Shown in pieces: positions 43,243 to 54,371 of a stretch of DNA of 64,000 nucleotides; position 1 is the stretch's first letter; the number at the start of each line of letters is the position of its first letter. Origin of the DNA: Eledone cirrhosa. Lineage: Eukaryota. The notes under the pieces are model-generated. The model searched no databases. It was not told where the DNA came from and saw only the letters and a program-made list of their open reading frames with translations. The position numbers and the translations under genes are program-made. The stretch spans positions 345,030,001-345,094,000 of the forward strand of contig OZ024742.1 of assembly GCA_964016885.1 (NCBI GenBank), read 5' to 3'.

Positions 43243-43796
43243 ACTTCCAGTGTCTTCATTTGAATTTGATGTCTCATCATTGGGTAAATATTGTTTTATT
43301 TTAATTTATTTTAATTTTACATTTACTTTTACATATACAGGTATACATTTTATACAACGGCGTAACCCATATTTTTTTAAATTATATATGTAGTCAACAA
43401 TAGTTGGGTATATAATAAATTTTGTATATAGTCAACCATAGATCTGTATATAATAAACCTTATATTAAGGAAAACAATGTTTCGTTTACATGTACTTAGT
43501 TTTTTATTGTCTATCGAACTGTTACGCGCGTTTCGCAGAGAAATTGCTCAGGATCACCAGTAGAGGTTATGGACTGAACTCCAATATCGGTCTGCTCCCC
43601 CGACTGGCGATTCAAAAAAAATATATTGTTTATTGAGATATGTGAGATGATGATTATATCCATATAAACATCGGCCCTATTCTTTTCGTGTATGTGAGCG
43701 TATTTAAGTGTTTGAGTGCATAGGTAGGGCTACATTTGTGCGTATATATACATGTATTTCCATGTGTGCATGTCTCTGTGTGTGCGTGTATACATG

Positions 43797-43893
<97 letters not shown>

Positions 43894-44008
43894 TATATGA
43901 GTTCAAATCCCGCCGAGGTTGACTTTGCCTTTCATCCTTACGGGGTCGATAAAATAAAGTACCAGTAAAGCACTGGGTAATTGCTGGCCTTGTGCCTAAA
44001 GTAGAAAC

Positions 44009-44050
<42 letters not shown>

Positions 44051-44329
44051 GTAGAACACTGGAAGGTAATATCCGTAGTGGTAGAGCACTCAGTCTATGG
44101 GACGAGTTAGGTAGAAGTGGTTACACAACAGTTAGTTCACCATACCGAGAACAATTGTTTCACCTTAGCGGAATCGTAAATATCTTCCACGATTTTTTAA
44201 TGGCCCTTTTTGTGGCAATATATAATTATTAATAACAATGCACCGTATTTGCCGGCCTTTTGGACGTCGCTTCGCCTTTTTTCTATTATATTTTATGTTA
44301 TATTTTGACTTTTATAGGCATTTTTATGG

Positions 44330-44409
44330 GTCACGTCCAATATCCGCAGTTTTTCACTCTTCGTAGTTGCTCTAAAAACGTCAACTCCGCGAATACCGGG
44401 GGATGACTG
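44330..44409. mobile_element. Single Tigger/pogo-like terminal inverted repeat
   Basis: Reverse complement TA|CAGTCATCCCCCGGTATTCGCGG; partner end not found. Confidence 0.5.
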
Positions 44410-44411
44410 TA

Positions 44412-44462
<51 letters not shown>

Positions 44463-44600
44463 TGTTATACTTTGGGAGGGTCATATTGCCAATAAAAACA
44501 CAGGCACCTGTCGATTTCCACATCAATTTATTATAAATTTCCGGTTGACTGGTTGGCTGGTTTGTTGGTTGGTTCGATAACCGAATGGTATTTTATATAT

Positions 44601-44645
44601 TACCAAAGCTCTTTCGTCATACATTCTGTGACCTCTTCAGTGACT
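44601..44645 (-). ncRNA. Type I HHR (41/44 kb family)
   Basis: Minus strand: agtca CTGAAGA g gtca cagaatgta tgac GAAA gagc TT tggta. Confidence 0.6.
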
Positions 44646-45246
44646 GATTTCTTATTTTGTGTCTCTCCTTTGTTCCGTCATACACCATCTTGTTTTTGTG
44701 TGTTTTGTGCTGTGTGCTTGGTTTGCACATGCGTTAAATACGGGTGTTTATGTGTTTTTATTTATTCATGTGTTTATTTACTTGTCACTTGTTGGTTGTT
44801 TTATTAGTTTGGTTTCTGTATGTGTATGTCTTCATTTTGTCCTTAATTACTAGTTGTGATGTTGCTATTCCACTCATGTTTTCTGTTTAATTTTGAAGGA
44901 GCCTTGTTGTGAAAATAATGAATTGTAAGCGATTCCAAGGTCATGGTCTCCTCATCAGAAGATAAACGATTCTCTCTACAGAATGATAAGCTTAACATTT
45001 TCTTCTTTTCACAGCGTGGTTTCTAATTGTTAACAAAAACTGTGGTTACATTTACATTAAATCTAACTTAAATAAGCATTTATAATTCTTTATTGTATTT
45101 CGAAGCATTGGAGAATATGAAATGTGAAAATATAGTCGCTACAATGCAGATATCATTATAATAAATGTATGAAACGTGCTTTTGAGATGGGGTGAGGCTG
45201 AATAATTCGACATAGACGCCTAAAGTCGATATATTGAAGTATTATT

Positions 45247-45745
45247 ATCGGTAGAGGGTTGGACACCATGCTTTGTAGCATAGAGTTACGGCCCTTTATG
45301 ATCTGAGTTCAAATCCTGCCGAGGTTTACTTTGCCTTTCATCCTTATGGAGTCGATAAAATAAAGTACCAGTAATAAACTGAAATAATTGCTGGCCTTGT
45401 GCCAAAAGTAGAAACAATTATTATACTTATTGATTGGTAGTATCGGTAGAGTGTCAGATAACTTGCTTTGCAGCATAGAGTTACGACCCTTTATGTTCTG
45501 AGTTCAAATCCCGCCGAGGTTAGCTTTGCCTCTCATCTTTATGGAGTTGATAAAATAAAGTACCAGTCACGCACTGGGGTTCATTTAATCGAATTTCCCC
45601 TCTCCCCAAATTGCTAGCATTGTGCCTATAGTAAAAATTATTATCATTATAATTATTGATTGGCAGTATCGGTAGAACGTCAGATAACTTACTTTGCAGC
45701 ATAGAGTTACAGCCCTTTACGTTCCAAAAGTAGAAACAATTATTA
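45247..45745 (+). mobile_element. Three tandem SINE family 1 copies
   Basis: Copies at about 45247-45420, 45432-45640 and 45657-45745 (internally deleted). Confidence 0.85.
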
Positions 45746-46868
45746 TTATAGTTATTTTCATTGTGGCGACAATATTTTCAAATACTTTTATATTTTTATA
45801 TGCTCTTTCTTTCTTCTTATTATTTTTAGTTTCAAAAATTTTAGAATGAGACATGTACTTCCAAATAGAATGTTGGACATTCCTACGTTTCTAGGTAGTA
45901 TTGGGTGATTAGGTGAAGTAAGACTGCGTTCAACGAGGAATAAAGTCTACATTATGATTAACTACTTAACATAAGACTACATCCGCCATTACATCAGACA
46001 CTGATAGCGACCGATAATCATGGAATTGAACGGAATGAAGCTCCACAGGTTTTGACGATGATGTTTCTTGTTCAATCAACAGATAAACCTGCTCGTGAAA
46101 TTAATGTATAAATAACTGAGCGTTTCACAGACACGTGTACCTTTAACGTAAATCTCAGGGCAATTCAACGTGACAAGGTGTATGAGGAGGCTAAGCCTTT
46201 GAATTTTAAGTACAATCCAAGTAACGAGCTTCTAATCAATTTCTGTCTGCCCAATTTTTTACCCACAAACATGGATCGACCCCAGGGTATGGTAAATAAC
46301 AATTGTCCAAGATGGCATGCAGTGAGATCGAACTTGCTACCTAATAACCTCATTCGCGCTTGCTAATTCCACTGATCAATAACCAATACAGTTGTTAATT
46401 ATAGAAATCAGATGAGATGAAAATTTATCATCGATTAAAATTAATGCTGCAACAGAACAATCGTTATAGGCATTGAACAACTAACGTATGGAAATCAGAA
46501 ACTCAATGTAGTTATTCCAATCTTAACTTATCTGGGTTTCATATCTATAGGAAATCATGTTTTATAATTATAGTTTTGTTGTAAAACTTATATGTATGAC
46601 ACATCTGGTCTTTGCACATAACGTAATATTTTCTATATATTACAACTCCGAAGTTAATTACGTCGAATGAAAATTATGATGAAGTTGCTTAATAATAGAA
46701 AAGGAAAAGGAAATACAAATGAAAATGAGATAGAAACAGTTTTAGACAAATCAAAAGTAATACTTCTTTTCAATTTAAAACTGAATGATAAATCATGATT
46801 ATTGTTGCTGAAGGAAATTACGTTGGTGGTTCGGAAGAAGAAAATCTGTGATGAATTCAAGCATTATT

Positions 46869-47237
46869 TTGGCAGTGTCGGTAGAGCGTCAGACACTATG
46901 CTTTGCAGCATAGTTATGCCCTTTTGCATCCTGAGTTCAAATCCACCGAGGTTAACTTTGCCTTTCATCCTTACAAGGTCGATAAAATAAAGTACCAGTG
47001 ATGCACTGGAGTAATCACTGGCTTTGTGCCAAAAGTAGAATCTCTTGGGCGGTGGATTGGCAGTATCGGTAGAGGGTCGGACTCCATTCTTTGCCGCATC
47101 GAGTTACGGCTCTTGCCATTCTGAGTTCAAAGCCCGCCGTGGTTAACTTTGCCTTTCATCCTTACGGGGTCGATAAAATAAAGTACCAGTAATGCACTGG
47201 GTATTTGCTGGTCTTGTGCCAAAAGTAGAAACAATTA
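46869..47237 (+). mobile_element. Two tandem SINE family 1 copies
   Basis: 46869-47040 and 47048-47237. Other copies or fragments at 43019-43140, 43898-44013, 53439-53505 and 57746-57925. Confidence 0.88.
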
Positions 47238-47696
47238 TTTTCAAGAATAAACTCTTCTTGTATGAAACCCTTCAAAACAGTTTTTTGAAGGAGATATGAT
47301 CGTCATCTCCAGCAAGTCGAGCATACATGACCATAACTCAAAACTGTAAATGAAAATAGCAACAAAAAAGGCAATATGATTTTCAACTTTTAAAACCAAC
47401 AATATATGTAAAATGTAGATATCGTCGGTACATTTAAAAAAAAAAGGTAAAGACTGCCCCAAGCTATCAGGTCCAACAGGGCGGTGATCATCGGTTTTAT
47501 TCGTCATCGACGTTAAGCGACTAAAAGTACAAGATTCATTGCCTAATGAAGGGTTAACTCCGAGACACTACTGGTACTCATGCTCAGCTAAGAGAGAAAG
47601 AAAGAGTGAGAGAGATAGAGTGAATATGTGAGAGAGAGAGAGAGACATAGGGTGAGTGAGTGAAAGAGAGAGAGAGGGGAGAGAGAGTGAGTGAGT

Positions 47697-47743
<47 letters not shown>

Positions 47744-47756
47744 GGAGAGAGAGAGA

Positions 47757-47799
<43 letters not shown>

Positions 47800-48229
47800 A
47801 GAATCTCAAATGCAGGAAAATAATCGCGAACACAGCTTAGAAAATCGGGAAAACAGTAGCCAACAGCCGCTACAATGAGCTCTCTACCACTCAAACTCCC
47901 GCTGAGCGTTCTGCACTATTGAGCCAAAATGACCCCTGACGGCAGCAACCATGTTAAATAGAAACTAAATAACAGCTTTTTCAATCTGACAACATTTGTA
48001 AATTAAGATTTGAGCGTCCGGTGAGTTGAAATGCTTAGAAAATGTAGAAAACCACGAATACAAAAAAGAAAAAAAAATTGTGAATGTAGCTTAGAAAATG
48101 GGGTAAAATAACTCGAGACGGGAGAACTTGTTAACCAGCGGCCGCTACAAAGAATCGAACTTGACGCTTCAGTGTTTATGTGTGTTGCAACTGTATCAAG
48201 TATCAATATTTGGGATCTGGAAGGTAATA

Positions 48230-48575
48230 ATATTGTTGATGAACTCCGCCCAGAAGTTAACAAGAGTACGAAACCACAGCCTGTCTGTATATTACTGTCA
48301 TGGTCTGCTGTAAAAGATTGTTTGCTGGTTACCCCGTGGTTTGCAAATGTAGAAACCACGAGACAACCAAATACCGGAACTTATGTGGCTGCTTCCTTTT
48401 TGCACCGGTCGTCATCGTCGAGAACTCAGGTGTTTTCAAACCTTGGAGAGCTGACCTCTTCCGCAAAATCGTATCGATAGCAACCCGTCTGAGGAAGGAG
48501 GCCCACGGTGTGAGGTGGCTGTTGCAGCATGTGTCGCTGGCCATTGTCCGCGGAACACAGTTGAAATATCGTCCC
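48230..48575 (+). pseudogene. Restriction-like endonuclease C-terminus of a CRE-like non-LTR element
   Basis: KYRNL..FLFAPVVIVENSGVF..WLLQHVSLAIVRG resembles the KY..L..F.P.A.ET.G..QRLSLAIQRGN pattern. Confidence 0.6.
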
Positions 48576-49214
48576 GAACTAGGTGGAGGATTTATTTCTC
48601 TTTCTGTATATTTTACAAACAAAAATATATCGGAATTTAAAAGAAAAAAAGACAGAAGAAAAACAATATCCGTACTTGGCAAGTGTTTACTGCCGTTTAG
48701 TGAGCGCTCTTTATCATTTAAACCGGTCATATCCGACCATAATTCGCTCACCTCTTTCTGTTTAAACAGGCTATAACTGGTCACACATACGTTAAGCTAT
48801 AGTTAATAATAATAAATAACATTAATATCTCGTAGATTCGATATTATGTGAAACAATTATGTGAACTAATGTGAACAGGTAATAGTATATAGAGAGTAAT
48901 GTGAATGATAAAGGGTTACACTCGATCTACAAAGACAACACAAATGAAACAAACAGAGAGAAAGATAGAGAGAAAAAGGAAGGGGAAAAGGCAAGAAGAA
49001 GAAAGTAAGATATCGTATTAAATGTAAATCATTGAGCTTATTGGCGGAGAAGTATATATATATATATACATATATATATAAGTTGAAAAAAAAATGAAAA
49101 CGAAATTTCATTTCTCACTCTTAGTATGGCACTTACTTAAATGTAAGTATGTATGTATACGTACATACATATATGTATACAGACGTACAGTAGCATGCAT
49201 ATATACATATATAT

Positions 49215-49287
<73 letters not shown>

Positions 49288-49436
49288 CAGGTACACATAC
49301 ATATATGCACGCATCAGTTTAGCGGACGCTTATTATAACGCCGCTTTGTTCGTTTGTCAACAAACTGAACAGCCTGAATTTATGCCATACGGTGTTAAGG
49401 CAACCACGTCACCTTTTTGTTCAACACTGACACAGG

Positions 49437-49481
49437 AACGATGTACTAGTTTCAAGCTTGTTAGCTATCATCAGCACCGTT
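49437..49481 (-). ncRNA. Type I hammerhead ribozyme, GUA site
   Basis: Minus strand: aacggtg CTGATGA t agct aaca agct t GAAA ctag TA catcgtt. Confidence 0.88.
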
Positions 49482-49554
49482 TACCCATCTGCCAGATAGT
49501 TGAACGTTCGAAAGTATATACTTTCCTTATGAAAATTAACGGCTGAGCAGCCTA

Positions 49555-49562
49555 ATTTGCAT
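49555..49562 (-). promoter_or_regulatory. Octamer motif ATGCAAAT upstream of the HHR
   Basis: Conserved at 21161 and 63393 at similar spacing; function is inferred only. Confidence 0.45.
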
Positions 49563-49736
49563 ATTGAGTGAGTTAAATCGGCCAGGCATACCGAAAACGA
49601 TAAGTTGAAAAAAAAATGAAAACGAAATTTCATTTCTCACTCTTAGTATGGCACTTACTTAAATGTAATTATGTATGTATACGTACATACATATATGTAT
49701 ACAGACGTACAGTAGCATGCATATATACATATATAT

Positions 49737-49787
<51 letters not shown>

Positions 49788-49952
49788 CAGGTACACATAC
49801 ATATATGCACGCATCAGTTTAGCGGACGCTTATTATAACGCCGCTTTGTTCGTTTGTCAACAAACTGAACAGCCTGAATTTATGCCATACGGTGTTAAGG
49901 CAACCGCGTCACCTTTTTACTTTCGAACGTTCAACTATCTGGCAGATGGGTA

Positions 49953-49997
49953 AACAGTGCTGATGATAGCTAACAAGCTTGAAACTAGTACATCGTT
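49953..49997 (+). ncRNA. Type I hammerhead ribozyme (inverted copy)
   Basis: aacagtg CTGATGA tagctaacaagctt GAAA ctag TA catcgtt. Confidence 0.82.
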
Positions 49998-50150
49998 CCT
50001 GTGTCAGTGTTGAACAAAAAGGTGACGTGGTTGCCTTAACACCGTATGGCATAAATTCAGGCTGTTCAGTTTGTTGACAAACGAACAAAGCGGCGTTATA
50101 ATAAGCGTCCGCTAAACTGATGCGTGCATATATGTATGTGTACCTGTATG

Positions 50151-50211
<61 letters not shown>

Positions 50212-50280
50212 ATATATATGTATATATGCATGCTACTGTACGTCTGTATACATATATGTATGTACGTATACATACATACT

Positions 50281-50343
<63 letters not shown>

Positions 50344-50366
50344 TTGTATATATATATATATATATA

Positions 50367-51296
50367 TGAATAAATTTAGTCCTTCATCAGTGATCTTCCA
50401 AGCTTCATTGGTATTTCATCGCTTTAAAGACAATATACCTCTGGTTGGTGCGAGCAACGGCTAAAGAAAGTCGTTGGGACATGTAAATAGGGGGAACGAG
50501 CGAGACTGTAAACAAACAGAGATGGTAATGCAACGAAAAGTGAGGAAGAAGGATTAAATACCAATGAAGGTTGGAAGATCACTGATGAAGGACTAAATTT
50601 ATTCATATGTAACCCATTTGCAACCACGCAGCACGCCATGTTTTCATATTTTTCATATATATTTTCCTCCGCTGTGACCCGTCTGTTTCTTTCTTACTGC
50701 TTCCTCTTTTCTCTGTATCTCTCACTTCCTTTACCCCCTCTACCAGTCACTCTCTCTGTTAGCATCTTCCTCACACTTTCGCTCACTCACTCTCTGCTAC
50801 TCCCTCTCCTACTTCCTCCCGTTTGACCTGTGCGAAATTCTTTCCTCGCTCACACTTCGACCAGGTCGGATGGTCTTTATTCTCTCTCGTCTACGATTTC
50901 ACAGAACTTATGTTCATCGATTTCAGGGACTTGATTCCTTCTTCCACCCGTTTGATCTGTGCGAAATTCTTTGCTTACTCACATTTCGACCAGGTTGGAT
51001 GGTCTTTATTCTCTCTCGTCCACGATTTCACAGAACTTATGTTCATCCATTTGAGGCACTTGACTGCTTCTTCCTCGCTTTTGGTTGCATTACCATCTTT
51101 GTTTGTTTACTGTCTCGCTCGTTCTCCGTATTTACGTCTCCCAACGACTTTCTTTAGCCGTTGCTCGCATCTACCAGAGGTATATGGTCTTTAAAGCGAT
51201 GAAATACCAATGAAGGTTTGAAGATCACTGATGAAGGACTAAATTTATTCATATGTAACCCGTTTGCAACAACGCAGCACACCATGTTTTCATATT

Positions 51297-51300
<4 letters not shown>
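50367..51300 (+). mobile_element. Rearranged non-coding repeat (inverted plus duplicated termini)
   Basis: 50367-50550 inverted; terminus repeated at 50556-50655 and 51203-51300; internal ~125 bp tandem duplication; homolog at 8451-8820. Confidence 0.7.
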
Positions 51301-51391
<91 letters not shown>

Positions 51392-51593
51392 AATATATAT
51401 AACGAAGTAAATGTGGTAAGGAACCAGGTGGACCATAACGCACCAAAGTACTCAATACTTAGGGTAGTAGAGTGGGTAATAGGAACGAGTAGGACCCCGA
51501 CGGCTAATTCTGGACTAAATTTAGTCCAGAATTAGCCGTCGAAACGGCTTGAGCTCAGCCGTCGGGGTCCTACTCGTTCCTATATATATATAT

Positions 51594-51945
51594 ATTAACA
51601 AAAATAGACATTCGTGTGATAAAGTATATTTTATTATACATATTTCAGAGGTACGGAGCTATCTTCAACTGTACGTCCTCATCAGATAAAATAAGATAAT
51701 GCATGATTTACCTTGACGAAGTAGATGGTTAAAATTCAGTCATGGCAGTATGATGAGGACGTACTGTTGAAGATAGCCCAATACCTCTGAAATATGTATA
51801 ATAAAATATACTTGATCACACGAATGTCTACTTTTGTTAATATTTTGAATTAGTATTAATAACTCCGGAAAACCATAACTGTGGAGTGCTTCTAATCTAT
51901 TGTAAAACTTTATTCATTGATTTATTCATTGAACCTTGTTTAACC

Positions 51946-51950
<5 letters not shown>
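51594..51950. mobile_element. Fold-back footprint with intact minus-strand HHR at 51627-51693
   Basis: ~90 bp arms; minus strand tattttat CTGATGA gg..ctct GAAA tatgta TA ataaaata; stem I identical to the 11290 HHR. Confidence 0.78.
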
Positions 51951-52029
<79 letters not shown>

Positions 52030-52367
52030 AGAAAAAAGATGAAATCGAAAATACAACTGGAGTCTTTTTAAGAATATTTGTTTCCTTTCCCGGGTTCCCA
52101 GTACTTATGCTTTTCAAAAGTAGAATGATGGATGGTTTGTGGTTTTTCTCGCATATATATATGTATATATACATATATAGGAGAAAGTAGGACCCCGACG
52201 GCAGAGCTCAAGACGTTTCGACGGCTATTTCTGGACTGAAATAGCCGTCGAAACGTCTTGAGCTCTGCCGTCGGGGTCATACTTTCCCCTATTACCCACT
52301 CTACTACCCTAAGTATTCAGTACTCTGGTGCGTTATGTCCATCCGGCTCTTTACCACAACTCCTTCG

Positions 52368-52409
<42 letters not shown>

Positions 52410-54050
52410 TAATGAATATTAACTGTGCACCTGTGCAGGTAATCAAAATGTATACATATATTGCTTACCTGCACAGGTGCACAGGCAATATTTATTAGAA
52501 TGATGTTGATGTGTATGTACATTTTTGGGATACCATGTATATATATATATATATATATACATATACATCGACTTTCGCGCCAATTCGCGTTTGAAGGTTC
52601 TCTATATTGTCATTTTTACTTAAAAAAAAAGCTCAAATTGTTGTTTTTTTATAAATGTAATTTGGTTGCTTATGACTGTCACGTGAATAAGTACATTAAA
52701 TTTCGCGCCAGTTCGTATTTGGGGGTTTTTTATAGCCGTTTTCACAGTCACGTGATTTGTCATAGAGAGTTTTGTGCCAAACAAAAGTCATTAACCAACC
52801 AAATTATTATTTTTTTTAACCTAGCAATTCGAGCCACTTTTTTCCATATAAAACAGAAGTAACATTCAAACACCAACCAGGTGAGAGAAAAACCACAAAC
52901 CCTCCATCTCAATTCTACTTTTGAAAAGCATTAAGGATGTGAAACCGGAAAAGGAAACAGATAAATATGCTTAAAAAAACTCCAATTGCATTTTCGATTT
53001 CCTTTCCTTATACTTTACTCGTGTAGGACATCCCGTTTTTTTTTTCCTTTAAAAAAAATCCTCATTTTGTTATATATACCTATCACACGAGGACCGAAGA
53101 TGCCAACAAGGTCTCAACAAAACGACAACTCACTGAACCAGGACGTCTTAAATGAACTTAAAGAGATTTCCTCCAAACTTTCAATTTTGACCAACAAAGT
53201 GGACCAAATACATATCTACAAAAAAGGACCCCAGGAAGAAGGAGAACATACTCAAGAGACGGATATTACTCCAGCATTAACTAAACTAATCAAAACTTTG
53301 AAACAGCAATCTTCCAAAAGTTGGAACAACCATTAGAACCCAATCTACGAGAGGTCCACTCAGTGAAAAACACCCTAAACAATATATGGACTCAAAAGCT
53401 CACAACCCGCAAATTGGTCATTTGGAATCTCCTAAAAAATAATTGTTTTCACTTTTGGCACAAGGCCAGCAATTAACCAATGCATTACTGGTACTTTATT
53501 TTATCTCCTAATAAATAATGGCAAGGTAGTTATATATAAAAGGTGGCTAAACCCTACCCCAATCATCCTCCCAAAACAAACTCCAAATAAAACCCATCCA
53601 GAACGAACCAAAAAATCAACAAAAACTTAGGGAAAAGATGGCGTTAGAAAAGTTTAAAATAGAAATAGAACTGTTGCGGTTAAGAGCCAACTCCAACGAA
53701 GAAAGATTTAAGTCACTCGACCAACAGATGGAAACAGAAATCTCGAGCCACTCTGAAGGCCTACTCTATGAAAAAACCTTAACACTTTGGAAAGAAAAGT
53801 GTGAGGAGGAAGAGCTAACATCCCTCCAACAATGGGAAAAAACCCGCCACCTGGTTCAACAACTACGAAATGGATTTCGAAAACGAACACTATACAGGTA
53901 ACCTATTTTCAAAACAAACTAAAACTCACATACCACACTCACAACAAACAACAAAAAATAACAAAACGTCCAACATACCCCCAGCAAAACTATGAGGATA
54001 ATCCCAGAATCCTTAGATATAACCCTACTAAAAATACCCCGAAGTCCCCC

Positions 54051-54371
54051 TGTTGTGTACGTGTTCCCAAGTAAGAACAAGTGTAAAGACGGTAGGAAGT
54101 TGTATTAAACAACGTAAGTATAACTGTACGCAGGATGGCACGGAGCTGCAAGCAAAGCACGATGTACAGAGTATAGTGTCACGTTCACATGCGTGTGCGC
54201 ACACGTTGAGTCCAAGGTCTTATTGGACGGGCGAGCCAATCAATATGAAGACTGTATGTGATTGGCCAATGAGTGGCCAATAAGTGGCTGGAATGTGTTA
54301 CGCGTAATGAAAGAAAGGGAATAAATACGGATAGGCGAGAATAGGAGAGTAGCATTAATGTAGACACAACA
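54051..54371 (-). repeat. 3' LTR of the Gypsy element
   Basis: tgttgtgt...acacaaca inverted termini; adjacent polypurine tract aaaagtggggagaaaa on the minus strand. Confidence 0.88.

Larger units (their letters stand above)
49080..50284 (-). mobile_element. Retrozyme-like element: one full monomer, partial tandem monomer and inverted segment
   Basis: Monomer 49080-49601; repeat 49602-49917; inversion 49918-50284; no ORF; flanked by (TA)n. Confidence 0.85.

Noticed and set aside
44925-44965. Minus-strand CTGATGA near 44953
   Set aside because: Followed by GAAT rather than GAAA, with no convincing stems.
50575-50625. CTGATGA in the 8.5/50.6/51.2 kb family as a hammerhead core
   Set aside because: No stem II-GAAA-stem III arrangement could be built in any of the copies.
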